Part shown: positions 43,390-53,163 of the stretch, piece by piece | Numbering within the stretch: position 1 is the stretch's first letter | How the letters are laid out: every line of letters starts with the position of its first letter | Source of the DNA: an uncultured Planctomycetota bacterium | Lineage (GTDB): Bacteria > Planctomycetota > Planctomycetia > Isosphaerales > Isosphaeraceae | Assembly: GCA_963823665.1 (NCBI GenBank) | Contig: CAWGMQ010000010.1 | Location: forward strand, 448,001 to 512,000 | Length of the DNA stretch: 64,000 nt | Direction of reading: 5' to 3' | Notes under the pieces: model-generated | Database searches by the model: none | The model's input: only the letters and a program-made list of their open reading frames with translations | Told to the model about the DNA's origin: nothing | Position numbers and translations under genes: made by a program

Positions 43390-44939
43390 ACGCTTCGAGC
43401 AATTTCAATCGCAAGCTGATCTATGGAATGATCATCGTGGGCATATTCGCCCTGATGTTTCCGTACACGGGCTGGCTGGCCGAGGAAAAGAAGCGGCGCG
43501 ACCTGGGGGAGGCGGCGATCGGGCAGATCGATACCGGGAGCTTCATGATGAAGCTGTTCCTGCTGGGCGGATTCCGCGGGATCGTCGCCGACATCCTCTG
43601 GCTGCGTGCCGAGGAGCAAAAGAAAGATCACGATTGGGACCGGCTCAAGACCACGGTGGAGCTGATCACCAAGCTGCAGCCCCACTTCCTCTCGATCTGG
43701 ACATTTCAGGGGTGGAACCTGGCCTACAATGTGTCGGTCGAATGGGACGCGCCGGAGGATAAATACACGTGGATCAAGGGTGGGATCAAGTTCCTGGAGC
43801 AAGGCGTAGCCAAGAACCGGCGGTCGCCCGACTTGATCTGGGACACGGCCTGGACGTACTACCACAAGCTGGGCTTTTCCGACGAGTCGATCATTCTGCG
43901 CCGTCTCTTCTACGACGACGAAGACCTGCCGTTCAAGACGTTTGAGGACCCCAAGACGGGGCAGCCGGTGGAGTCGAAAGACAATTTCAAGCTGGGTTAC
44001 GGCTGGTTCGGGCGAGCGGTCAAGCTGGTCGATGAAGGTGCCGGTCGGATCTCGGGCGGCACCTCGAGCGAGATCCGTTATGTGGACGCGACGCCGCAGC
44101 GGAAGGGGCGCCCGGACGACATCGCGTTCCGGTCGATGCCCGCGCACGCTCAGACCCGTTATGCCTCGGGCCTGGAGAAGATGAGCATCTACGGCATCGA
44201 GGCGACGTTCGGGGAAGTTGCCAAAAATGAGTGGTTTCATGCGCTCGAGGAATGGAAGGAACTGGGCGATCACGTTTTTATATCGTTCAATGAAGAGTTG
44301 CGCGACGGCAAGATGGTGCGGGACAAGGTCAAGCTGAATGACGTGGTCGACCCCGAGCGACTGAAGGCCATGCCGAAAAACCAGGCGTACTGGACCAACC
44401 GCTGGTCGGATCAGATGAACTTCCGTTACTGGAGGCAGAGGTGTGAGGCGGAGGGGCATACCAAAGCTGTTCACGCGCGCCAGCTTTTCTACGAAGGGAC
44501 GAAAGCGTACAAGACCGGTGATTTCCCGGTCGCCGAAGAGAAGTTCAGAGACGGGCTCGCGGTCTGGAAGTCGCTGATGGATGATTTTCCCGTTTACGGC
44601 GACGATGAGTTGCTCAAGAGGGAAACCGGTCAGATCGTCAAGCGGTACCGCAAAGTGCTGCGGCAGAACCTGTCGCCGATCCCCGACGACCTGCCGTTCA
44701 AGGAGTACTTGAAGCTGGTCGAAGGCGACAACAATTTTGACCCGTTTGACACACTCGAGATGATTGGCCCGGTGGGTACGGAAAGTCCGATGGGGAAGCC
44801 CGGGGCTGCATCGCCGTCTGGCCCGACCCCGAAAGCTGAACTCGAAGAGCAGAAGAAAGCCAAGGCCAAGCCTGGGGTAGTAGCGCCGTCTGCCCCGACT
44901 GCGGTACCTCGCGCTGGCGAACCCGCCAAGAAGTCTTAG
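43386..44939 (+). CDS. Conserved hypothetical helical (TPR-like) protein with N-terminal anchor, of the type often labelled 'IRE-like' in planctomycetes
   Basis: ATGA coupling to the permease; GFRGIVADILW...LQPHFLSIWTFQGWNLAYNVSVEWD...GIKFLEQG motif; family label recalled, not searched. Confidence 0.75.
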   Translation: MNASSNFNRKLIYGMIIVGIFALMFPYTGWLAEEKKRRDLGEAAIGQIDTGSFMMKLFLLGGFRGIVADILWLRAEEQKKDHDWDRLKTTVELITKLQPHFLSIWTFQGWNLAYNVSVEWDAPEDKYTWIKGGIKFLEQGVAKNRRSPDLIWDTAWTYYHKLGFSDESIILRRLFYDDEDLPFKTFEDPKTGQPVESKDNFKLGYGWFGRAVKLVDEGAGRISGGTSSEIRYVDATPQRKGRPDDIAFRSMPAHAQTRYASGLEKMSIYGIEATFGEVAKNEWFHALEEWKELGDHVFISFNEELRDGKMVRDKVKLNDVVDPERLKAMPKNQAYWTNRWSDQMNFRYWRQRCEAEGHTKAVHARQLFYEGTKAYKTGDFPVAEEKFRDGLAVWKSLMDDFPVYGDDELLKRETGQIVKRYRKVLRQNLSPIPDDLPFKEYLKLVEGDNNFDPFDTLEMIGPVGTESPMGKPGAASPSGPTPKAELEEQKKAKAKPGVVAPSAPTAVPRAGEPAKKS

Positions 44940-45006
44940 TCAGTTGAGGGGTGTCTCCGCGAACCGGCTGTCAGTTGTTCGACCGGGGCTTCCGCCCGCC
45001 GATTCC

Positions 45007-45414
45007 TCACACGTCGTCTTCGCCCTCAGCGAGGCGTTGCTTGATGCCCATGATCCGCTCAACCGCGCGGACGAGTTTTTCCATGGCGAACGGCTTACGA
45101 ATGTAGTCGCGCACTCCGAGCATTTCGGCGTAAGCGCGATGGCGGCTTCCCTCGTTGCCGGTGATCATGATGGTGGGAATGAGCCCGGCGGGCCGGCTTC
45201 GGAGTTTTTCGAGCACCAGGAAGCCGCTCTTTTTGGGCATCATCATATCGAGAATGATCAAGTCGGGATTCTCGCGTTCGGCGATCATCAAACCGGCGTT
45301 GCCGTCGCGGGCGGCCAGAACTCGAAACCCCTTACTTTCCAGCACCATGCGCATCGATTCGAGGATTTCGTTATCGTCGTCGACGAGGAGGATCGTTCGT
45401 GAATGGGGGGGCAT
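45007..45414 (-). CDS. Single-domain response regulator (REC)
   Basis: ILLVDDD, IILDMMMP, IMITG, YIRKPF. Confidence 0.92.
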   Translation of the reverse strand: MPPHSRTILLVDDDNEILESMRMVLESKGFRVLAARDGNAGLMIAERENPDLIILDMMMPKKSGFLVLEKLRSRPAGLIPTIMITGNEGSRHRAYAEMLGVRDYIRKPFAMEKLVRAVERIMGIKQRLAEGEDDV

Positions 45415-45766
45415 GGCGAGGGCTCCCGTGAGCGGCTGTGCGGAGGGAAACGTGACCGAACCGGGGATCAATCATAAGCGTCATGAAAGGGCCGAACAAG
45501 GGGATCATCTGGAGTCTCGACTAGATATCATGATGCGTGGATTCTCGTGCGGGGTAAAACGTGGCCATTCGCAGGAACGGAAATCGGGACAAGGTGTCGG
45601 GGGCATCGATGAGAAATAAGGTGTGGACCCTCTTCCAACTGGCGGCCCCAGCGGTCATAATCAGGCATATCATCCACCCGATCGGGCTTGGCGTGGACAA
45701 AAACTCACGCAAGAGCGTCGAACTGGCTCGAGCGACAGACGGACACACCGGAAAGGAAAGGCGCCC

Positions 45767-46948
45767 ATGAGAGTCAGGAAAAGTTGCGCGGCATGGCTCG
45801 GGCTGGCCGGGGCGTGCGTTCTTGTGATCGGGTGTGGTGGCGGTGACATTCCCGACCCGGCGTCGGATGCGAACGCGGCCGGAGGGAACCCTGGCGGTGG
45901 TGGGGGTGGTCCGGCGCCGGTTGCAGCGCCTGCCCCGCAGGTTGCGGCCAATGACGAACCCAAGGCTGACGATGGCGCTGCTGCGCCGGCTCCGGCAGCG
46001 CCGGAGAAGGGCCAGCAGGGAGGTGACGCCGCGAAGGATCAGCCCAAGGAACAAGCGAAAGGACAGGGGGGGAATTCGGCGACGTCGGATATGCTGGCGA
46101 TGGCGGGCGGCGGTTCGAATCCGCCGCCTGGGGCAGGGGGCGCAAGTCCGCAGCCGGCAGCCCCTGGTGGTGGGGCTGCGCCCGGCGGGCCGCCTGCGGG
46201 TGCTCCCGCTGCTGGGCCCGGACTTGGCCCTGGCGCTCCGGGACCAGGAGGGCGACCGACGATGGGGCCTGGTGCTCCCGGAACGCAACAAGGCAATTCG
46301 GACCCCAGCCAGATGATGGGCGACATGATGAAGAATCAGCAGCAGCAACAACAGCAGCAAATGCAGAAACGGGCTGGTGGCATGGCGGGTGGCCCGGGTG
46401 GACGTGGCGGTGTTGGTGCTGGAATGGCGGGTGCTGGCGGCGGCCGCCCTGGTCTTGGCCCCGGTGGTGGTGGAGCTGCTCCTGGTGCGGGCGGTCTTGG
46501 GCCGGGCGCGGCTGGCGGCGGCAACCAAGCGGACGATGGTCCGGTCAATGTGAATACGCCTGAGGGGGCGGTCCGAGGTTTCCTGAGCGCGCTCAAGGGC
46601 AAGAATGCTGACAAGCTCAGCGAGGCGACCGCCTTGCGCGCGGCGAGGGACTCATCCGCCAAGAATCAGGAAATCTTCGATAAGATCATCAAAGTGACGA
46701 TCTCGGATTCCGAGCTCGACGACCTTGCGAAGAAGCTCGACGGCTATCAAATATCCGGTGAAAACCCGCAAACCAGCACGGGCAAAGTCGATGTTATCGT
46801 TCAGAAAAGCGGTAACAACGGCACGTATTACAAGCGCAAGATCACGGTGCGCCGCGAGAAGAAGGGGTGGGGGGTGCTCGACATCGGTCCCGAGCAGCCC
46901 TTCAAGCCGCTTGGGAACATGGGACGGCGGCGCACGCCCGCGAAATGA
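45767..46948 (+). CDS. Gly/Pro-rich lipoprotein with poly-Gln tract and folded C-terminal domain
   Basis: Lipobox VLVIG-C; long low-complexity region; TPEGAVRGFLSALK...KKGWGVLD domain. Confidence 0.8.
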   Translation: MRVRKSCAAWLGLAGACVLVIGCGGGDIPDPASDANAAGGNPGGGGGGPAPVAAPAPQVAANDEPKADDGAAAPAPAAPEKGQQGGDAAKDQPKEQAKGQGGNSATSDMLAMAGGGSNPPPGAGGASPQPAAPGGGAAPGGPPAGAPAAGPGLGPGAPGPGGRPTMGPGAPGTQQGNSDPSQMMGDMMKNQQQQQQQQMQKRAGGMAGGPGGRGGVGAGMAGAGGGRPGLGPGGGGAAPGAGGLGPGAAGGGNQADDGPVNVNTPEGAVRGFLSALKGKNADKLSEATALRAARDSSAKNQEIFDKIIKVTISDSELDDLAKKLDGYQISGENPQTSTGKVDVIVQKSGNNGTYYKRKITVRREKKGWGVLDIGPEQPFKPLGNMGRRRTPAK

Positions 46949-47270
46949 TCGCCGTGTGGGTGCATGCGTGCTCGAACGTCGGCCAACTTTGCCAAGGCTC
47001 TGTAGATTTGACATCGGGGTCTTTGAAACTTTTTCACCCTCGGTTGAACTGAGTTCGGCAGAGGGTTTTTTATCCGAATTTTTATTCAAGTTTTCGCGGG
47101 CAAAATCCGGGTCGCGGTTTTTTTGGTGAATTGCTCAAGTTTTGGTCCGCGATGTGCTCCACACCGCGTGGGTGGTGAATCTGAGTTCGTCATCTGCGTG
47201 AGAGGACAGCGGATTCGGATCGCGCGACGTCATGTGCGCAAGATACGCAGGAACCAAGGAAGGAGCCTGT

Positions 47271-47600
47271 ATGCTTGGCGGTGCACCCTTTTCGAGTTGT
47301 GATATCTTTGAAGTTCTGGTCATGCTGTTTCAGGTGTGCGGCATCATGGGGCTTTGTCTTTCGCGGCTGATGCCTCGGTCAACGGCGTGGGCATCAAGAG
47401 GGCAGGCCGGCTCGATCGTGGCGTTGTTTGGGCTGGGAATCGCGGGGGCGTTTTGCGGGCGCCACGATTCGGAGTTCGCGCTGTTCGCCGGTGGGACGAT
47501 GACGGTTCTGCTGATCGGCATGACGATGGGGAGCGGATCGATCGAACGGGCCGAGCAGACAACGGCGTCTGTAGCGGCCGAGCCCGAACTCGCGACTTGA
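47271..47600 (+). CDS. Small 3-TM hypothetical membrane protein
   Basis: AAGGAG RBS before ATG 47271; three hydrophobic segments. Confidence 0.65.
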   Translation: MLGGAPFSSCDIFEVLVMLFQVCGIMGLCLSRLMPRSTAWASRGQAGSIVALFGLGIAGAFCGRHDSEFALFAGGTMTVLLIGMTMGSGSIERAEQTTASVAAEPELAT

Positions 47601-47994
47601 AAACTCGCGAATCTTCGCAACTACTTTGATAATCAGCGTGAGAACCTATCCTCGGGCCGTGCGGCGAGGATTTTTTTGCCCGTCATTTGACCGGCCCCAA
47701 AACGTGCGCCATAGTTTGGGTGATGATGGGAATCAGCGGGCTGGTTCTTCATGCCTTCACGTCTTGACGCACACCTGATCCGACCCTCTCGGCTCTCGTC
47801 GAGTCTCTGGGAAACGTGACGACCGGAACGTGCGGCTGGCTTGCGTGGCCGGGCTGCCGCGCGGCGGAAGTGCGCTTTCTGGACATCCAAAACGTGTTGT
47901 CGCGAGAGACCAATTTCCCCGACTCGAACGGTGCGTCCCGCTCGCCGTTCGCTGCCTCGTCGCGTCGGATTCATGCGGGGAGAAGGACACGCCC

Positions 47995-48726
47995 ATGATG
48001 GTTGGACTGAAACGGATTTCGACGGCGTTTGGCCTGGTGGTCACGCTGGCCTCGTTGGCTGCCGGCCAGGAACCTGCGGTCAGTCAGAACCAATCGACCG
48101 CGAATGCCGTTGCCGGAACGCTGCGCGCGAGCCGGAATCTGGCGGGATATCGGATTGAGATCATGACTCGCGAGGGCCTGGTGACGTTGCGAGGCGCGGT
48201 CGAGACCCCGGCCCAGAAAGCCGAGGCGATTGCTCGCGCTCGATATGTCGCGGGCGTTCGGGGAGTTGTAGACGAGTTGCGAGTATCCAACGACGCCGCC
48301 GTGAGCACGGTTCGGTACCAGCCGGGCGGGGGAATGGTCTCTGCGCCGGGTGGCTCGTACGTCGGCGGCACGATCAACGGCGGCATCAGTTACGGCGCCG
48401 GCTCGGGCCCGGTCTACGATGGCAGCCCGGTACCGGAAGGCCCGGCGGGCATGCCGGGAGCCTCGCAAGCCGCCCAACCCGGATACCCGAACTACGCGTG
48501 GCCCAGCTACGCGCCGTACCCGAATTTCTCCGCTGTAGGCTATCCGACAGCCTACCCCTGGCAAGCTTGGCCGAACATCGGACCGTTCTCGCCATATCCC
48601 GAAGTTCCGCTTGACTGGCGTGCTGTCACCCTTCGCTGGGACGATGGCATCTGGTGGCTCGACTTCAAGAAGCACTACACTCGGCCGTTCTTCACGCCTT
48701 ATCCATTCGGCCTGTTCGCCTATTGA
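47995..48726 (+). CDS. Secreted BON-domain protein with Pro/Tyr/Trp-rich C-terminus
   Basis: Signal peptide; IEIMTREGLVTLRGAV...AGVRGVVDELRV (BON); PNYAWPSYAPYPN...VTLRWDDGIWWLDF. Confidence 0.88.
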   Translation: MMVGLKRISTAFGLVVTLASLAAGQEPAVSQNQSTANAVAGTLRASRNLAGYRIEIMTREGLVTLRGAVETPAQKAEAIARARYVAGVRGVVDELRVSNDAAVSTVRYQPGGGMVSAPGGSYVGGTINGGISYGAGSGPVYDGSPVPEGPAGMPGASQAAQPGYPNYAWPSYAPYPNFSAVGYPTAYPWQAWPNIGPFSPYPEVPLDWRAVTLRWDDGIWWLDFKKHYTRPFFTPYPFGLFAY

Positions 48727-48765
48727 TCGGTCCAGGCGACCGATTGACAACGTGTAAGCCCTCGG

Positions 48766-48808
48766 GAACCGACCGGGAGCCGTCAAGTGCTTCCGGCCGG
48801 TTCTTTTT
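48766..48808 (+). terminator. Intrinsic terminator after the BON gene
   Basis: GAACCGACCGGGAGC / GCTTCCGGCCGGTTC stem followed by TTTTT. Confidence 0.7.
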
Positions 48809-49009
48809 CGTTCTGCCTGCATGCGTGGCTGCATCTTCTGTGGTGCGTTTTGATTCGATGCCGGCGCAGTTCGTGCTGATCTCTTGGCCTGGTTCAAAAG
48901 AGTCCTTTCTCGGGTAACAGCGCGCACGTGCCTTGAAGCGCAAAGTTTTCGCTTCCGTCGTGCGACAAGCACCTCAGCCGCGGGCAAAGAGCGTGTAGCC
49001 GAATCGTTC

Positions 49010-49207
49010 TCGTCACGCCTCGACACGACATCGACACGACATCGACACGCGGTAAAGTTGGAGGCAGTTTTGGTTTAAGACAAAAACCAGCCGAAATTCG
49101 AAGATTTCAAATATTGCCTCGACACGCCCTCGACACGCATTTAACCTTGGTGTCCATAGGAAGTTAGAGCGAAGAATTGATCAATACCTCGGCGTAACCT
49201 CGACGCG
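49010..49207 (+). repeat. Helically phased TCGACACG direct repeats in three clusters
   Basis: Exact copies at 49020, 49031, 49042, 49119 and 49130; variants at 49010, 49189 and 49200; spacing 10-11 bp within clusters. Confidence 0.75.
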
Positions 49208-49526
49208 TGTGAGTTTTTTATGACGGAAGGGGATGACGAGGAACTGGCGATATTTTTGGAGTCGAGCAGCCGAGAAGCTGAGTCATCGGGAAGAAAATCG
49301 CGGCGGGAGTGGGATCGTGGAGAATCTGCTATGTCGTTCAGGAATTTTCTCACTCGCTCAGTGACTGCTGTTCGATAACTAGATCCGTGGACCGGTCGGG
49401 CAACACTCGACGAGTTAGTGGATCGACCGGTTGTAAGCTGTACGTCATTGGTCCCGGCGCCTTAAGGCCGGAGGGCATGAGGCCTCCCGGCGCGTTTGCG
49501 CACGTTCCCAAGGAGGGGAGAAGAAC

Positions 49527-50138
49527 ATGTTCCGATCCGCGCGGCACCGGAGCCCGATCGCCCCGCGCTGGGTTCGCGGCCTTTTGGCGGGTGCACTTCT
49601 CGGTTTTGTCGGGATTAACAATGTCGGTTGCGGTTTCGACTACGTCTTCCGCAACATTTCGCCGCTTCACGTGACGGGTTGGTCATTTGCCTGGCCGATT
49701 CTTCCGTCGCAATCGCAGCGATTAGAGGAAGACATCAAGCGTGAAGAGCACGACAAAATCCCGATCCTCGACCCACTCCCGACGGAGTTTGCTCCCGCAG
49801 CTTGCCTCGACCCTCCCAGCGAGGAGGATGTTTGGAACAAAGTGCACAAATTCAAGAATGGCTGCCCGCCGTTCTATGAAACCCAGCGCAATAACGTACG
49901 AATCCTGATCGAAAAGATCGGCGAGAAGATCGATCCTTGTAAGGTCTATCCCCTCGCCGGTCCCTGCCAGTTGATACACTGCCACTACAAGTGCACGGTG
50001 TATTACGACGAGCTTTACTGGTCTGACTACCCGATCCCATTCAACCATGTTGATCACAAGGTTGAAGTCGTGTACTTCGACAAGGATCACCTCCGCCGTT
50101 GCGGTGGTCCGGAGCAGGCGACAACACCTCCGCTCTGA
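49527..50138 (+). CDS. Conserved planctomycete-type hypothetical, probable lipoprotein
   Basis: AAGGAGG upstream; hydrophobic segment then NVGC; DPPSEEDV, IDPCKVYPLAGPCQLIHCHYKCTVYY, EVVYFDKDHL. Confidence 0.75.
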   Translation: MFRSARHRSPIAPRWVRGLLAGALLGFVGINNVGCGFDYVFRNISPLHVTGWSFAWPILPSQSQRLEEDIKREEHDKIPILDPLPTEFAPAACLDPPSEEDVWNKVHKFKNGCPPFYETQRNNVRILIEKIGEKIDPCKVYPLAGPCQLIHCHYKCTVYYDELYWSDYPIPFNHVDHKVEVVYFDKDHLRRCGGPEQATTPPL

Positions 50139-50280
50139 GCAGTGGCCTGCCGGCGGGTGGGCGACCAGAACCTCCGTGGGTCTTGGCGAGCCGTCGGCTG
50201 CGGGATTCAGTGGTTGCAGAATCCGTGGACCGGCTCTTCCAGCGTGAATGCTGGAGGTGCCGGTCCCGACTTTTTTGGGT

Positions 50281-51168
50281 TCAGTCGCCGCCGAAGAATG
50301 GAAAGATCTTGAGCAGCTCGGCGCGGGTTGGCTGTGTCCCGTACTCGCAGACCTCGAAGCTCTCGGCGTATTTGACGGCCCTTCCCTTCTCGTCGCCCAG
50401 GAGCTCGATGAGCTTGGGTCGGAATCGGTCGGCGAGGCCGGCGTAGCGCTTCCCAACCCTGTCACGCGTCCAGTTCAGCCGGGCGGATGATTCAGCCGGC
50501 ACTTCACCCAGATACCCGAAGAGCCAGGGGTTCCACTCGTAGAATTGAGAAGCCAGGGCGTCGACGCAGGCAACTTTTTTCTCGAAGACAGTGTCGATCG
50601 GCACGACCACGTCGGGTGTGAACGGATTCGGCTTCTTGAAGTCGTCCTCGGTGTAGAGAAAGACGGGATTTTTCCGCAGGGCCGGTACGTCCGGACAGAA
50701 GCTCGGAACGATGACCATGAACGCGGCGTCCTGCACCAGAATTCCGGTGTAGCGGTGGTCTGGATGATAATCGTTCGGGCGATGCGCGATGACCACGTCA
50801 GCCCGCCACTCGCGGATTTTCCGCGTGATTGTCCGGCGATTTTCGAGAGTCGGCAACAGTTCGCCATCGTGGATGTCAAGAACTTCGGTGTCAATGCCCA
50901 GTATTTCGGCGCACTTCTTGACCTCGGCCGTTCGCCGGCGAGCCAGGACCGCGCCCGCCGTCTGATGGTGCCCGATGTCACCGTTGGTGACGCTGACGAA
51001 CTTGACCTTGTAGCCGAGCATGGCCCAGCGTGCGGCGGTGCCGCCAGCTTCCAGTTCGCAGTCGTCGGGATGTGCCCCAAAGACGATGATCCGGAGCGGC
51101 TCACGCGTTTTCTCTTGCGTGAGATCGGCCGGCCGGCTCGCCGCGGCTTGGCCTGCGACTCGGATCAA
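50281..51168 (-). CDS. PIG-L/LmbE-family deacetylase domain (probably the C-terminal part of a fusion with the upstream DUF1080 gene)
   Basis: GAHPDDCE, VTNGD, RTAE, YHPDHR, SQFYEW, AESFE. Confidence 0.9.
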   Translation of the reverse strand: MIRVAGQAAASRPADLTQEKTREPLRIIVFGAHPDDCELEAGGTAARWAMLGYKVKFVSVTNGDIGHHQTAGAVLARRRTAEVKKCAEILGIDTEVLDIHDGELLPTLENRRTITRKIREWRADVVIAHRPNDYHPDHRYTGILVQDAAFMVIVPSFCPDVPALRKNPVFLYTEDDFKKPNPFTPDVVVPIDTVFEKKVACVDALASQFYEWNPWLFGYLGEVPAESSARLNWTRDRVGKRYAGLADRFRPKLIELLGDEKGRAVKYAESFEVCEYGTQPTRAELLKIFPFFGGD

Positions 51169-51191
51169 CAGCCGATCTTCCCCGCCGACGC

Positions 51192-52261
51192 TCAGGGCGC
51201 GCGGGCGACTCGTCCCTCGGCATTCCTCAGAAAGGTCATTCGCACGTCCGAATCATGCATCTCAAACACGTTCGGCGCGACGGGCAAGAGGACGTGAGAA
51301 TGGCTCGGCACGCCAGCCGTTGTGAGAACGAGGTGATTTCCGCCGCTGCTGATTCTGGTCAATCTCGTCGCGTCGGCCTCCGGCTGGGCGGCGTACCCGC
51401 CGACGAACGACTCGAGTGCCGCTGACGTTATTTCGATGGCCTTCGGCCGCTCTAGCCCACGCGGGGTCGGCTCGGGTCGGTCAGGCAATTCGATCAGCCA
51501 GATGTTCCGAAACCGCACCGGATGGCCGTGGTCTTGCAGTTTGATTGGGGCGCGATCTTCTTGCGGCTCGTATTGACCCCATTTTAGCCAGCGCGTCGGC
51601 CCCAGGATTTCTTCGTTGTTTTGCACCAGGATGCCGTTGTGAAAGACGCTGATCCGCGCGGGCTCGAGGACGGTGCCGCCGGTCCCGAATCGCGGCCGGC
51701 GAAAGGCGACATCATACGTCTGCCACTGACCGGGCGGCCGAGCGGCATTGAATAGTGGCGGATACTGGCCGTAAATCGCCGCGGCCTGGCCGTCGGTGTA
51801 AGTGTCGGCGAGGTAAGAATCCAGGATCTGCAGCTCGTAGAGGCCCATGAAGAAGACGCCACTGTTCCCGCGGTCTTGTCCCATTCCCTGCGGAGGTGCT
51901 GGCGCCGCCCACTCGATGTGGAGTTGCACGTCTCCAAAGCGTCCCTTGGTCTGGATTTCGCCGGCACCAGGAACGATTTCGATCTCACCGCCGGCCACCC
52001 GCCATTCGGCCGGTTTTCCTTCCGGCGATTGCCAGGCGTCGAGACTCGACCCGTCAAAGAGGATCACGGCGCCTTCGGCGCGCGGCCCGCGGCCAAGGGC
52101 TCGGCCGGCTGGACGATCCGAGGTTTGGTGCGGTTGGAGTCGTGTTGCTTCCAGCCGCTCGACGTGCCCGTGCCACCGCCTTGACCTGCCGCCAGGCTCG
52201 CAGTCAATCCGGCTGTGACCACCACGGAGAGTCGAACGATCGACGTGAATGGGGCAGGCAT
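51192..52261 (-). CDS. Secreted DUF1080 (3-keto-disaccharide hydrolase-like) protein plus small beta-domain; frameshift ~52075
   Basis: Signal peptide and WKQHD..R.KP (ORF 52064..52261) join AVILFDG, FGDVQLHIEW, RGNSGVF, YELQILD, IYGQ, WQTYDV, LQDHGHPVRFRNIW. Confidence 0.88.
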
Positions 52262-52449
52262 GGGAATCAGTTCCTCGCTGGATGTGAGGGAATACCATCG
52301 AAAGCTCTCACCAAGATAGCGAACCGGCCAGCCGGGCGGGAGGATCGTCCGTCTGCCGTCAAACTCGCCGAATTGAACGCGTGTAATCAGAGCAACGTGG
52401 TTGCACGCGTGTCGTTGCGATGGGTATTTGTGCGTGCTACGATGTTTTG

Positions 52450-53055
52450 ATGATCGGAAAACGGCATCCAGTCATTCCGGGCTCGAACGAAACACCGCTG
52501 AGTTTGCTGCAACGTTTGCGAACCAGCCCGGACGATTCGTCATGGCAGCGCCTGGCTGACCTTTACTCGCCGCTCGTGCAGCGCTGGTTGCATCAACACG
52601 GCCTGCCACGATCAGACGCCGATGATCTCGCGCAGGAGGTCATGCTGGTGATCGTCCGCGAGATGCCGCACTTCGAACATTCTGGTCGCAAAGGTGCATT
52701 CAGGAACTGGTTGCGAGTGATCACCGTCCACCGTCTGCGTGGTTATTGGCGAACCAAGCAGACGCGTCCGGACCAGGCCGCTGATGAACGGCTCGATATG
52801 CTCGCCGACTCCAATAGCGACCTCGCCCGCCTTTGGGACCGTGAACACGATGAATTCATTCTCCAGCGGCTGCTCGAGATGATCGAGCCCGAGTTTTCGC
52901 CGACTGCATGGCATGCTTTCCACCGGCAAACCGTCGACGGTTTGAGCGCACGCGAGGCTGCCGCCGAGCTCGGCGTCAGCGCCAATGCCGTTTTGATCGC
53001 GAAGAGCAGAGTTCTCCGGCGATTACGCCAAGAGGCAACGGGCTTGATTGACTGA
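52450..53055 (+). CDS. ECF sigma factor of the Ser/Thr-kinase-associated planctomycete type
   Basis: TPLSLLQRL, WQRLADLYSPLV, DADDLAQEV, FRNWL, AAAELGVSANAVLIAKSRVLRRLR. Promoter TTGCGA-17-TACGAT ends 6 nt before the ATG. Confidence 0.92.
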   Translation: MIGKRHPVIPGSNETPLSLLQRLRTSPDDSSWQRLADLYSPLVQRWLHQHGLPRSDADDLAQEVMLVIVREMPHFEHSGRKGAFRNWLRVITVHRLRGYWRTKQTRPDQAADERLDMLADSNSDLARLWDREHDEFILQRLLEMIEPEFSPTAWHAFHRQTVDGLSAREAAAELGVSANAVLIAKSRVLRRLRQEATGLID

Positions 53056-53163
53056 GCCCTTGCAGGGTTCAAGAATTCCAACCGGCCGCGACAGGCTTTG
53101 CGCAGACGCGCACTTTCACTTGCAGACGGACTAACTGCATCCTGAAGCCGAGAGGAGCATGTG

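Noticed and set aside
49010..49207. Chromosomal oriC or plasmid origin
   Set aside because: No TTATCCACA DnaA boxes and no dnaA, rep or par gene nearby; kept only as unexplained phased repeats.
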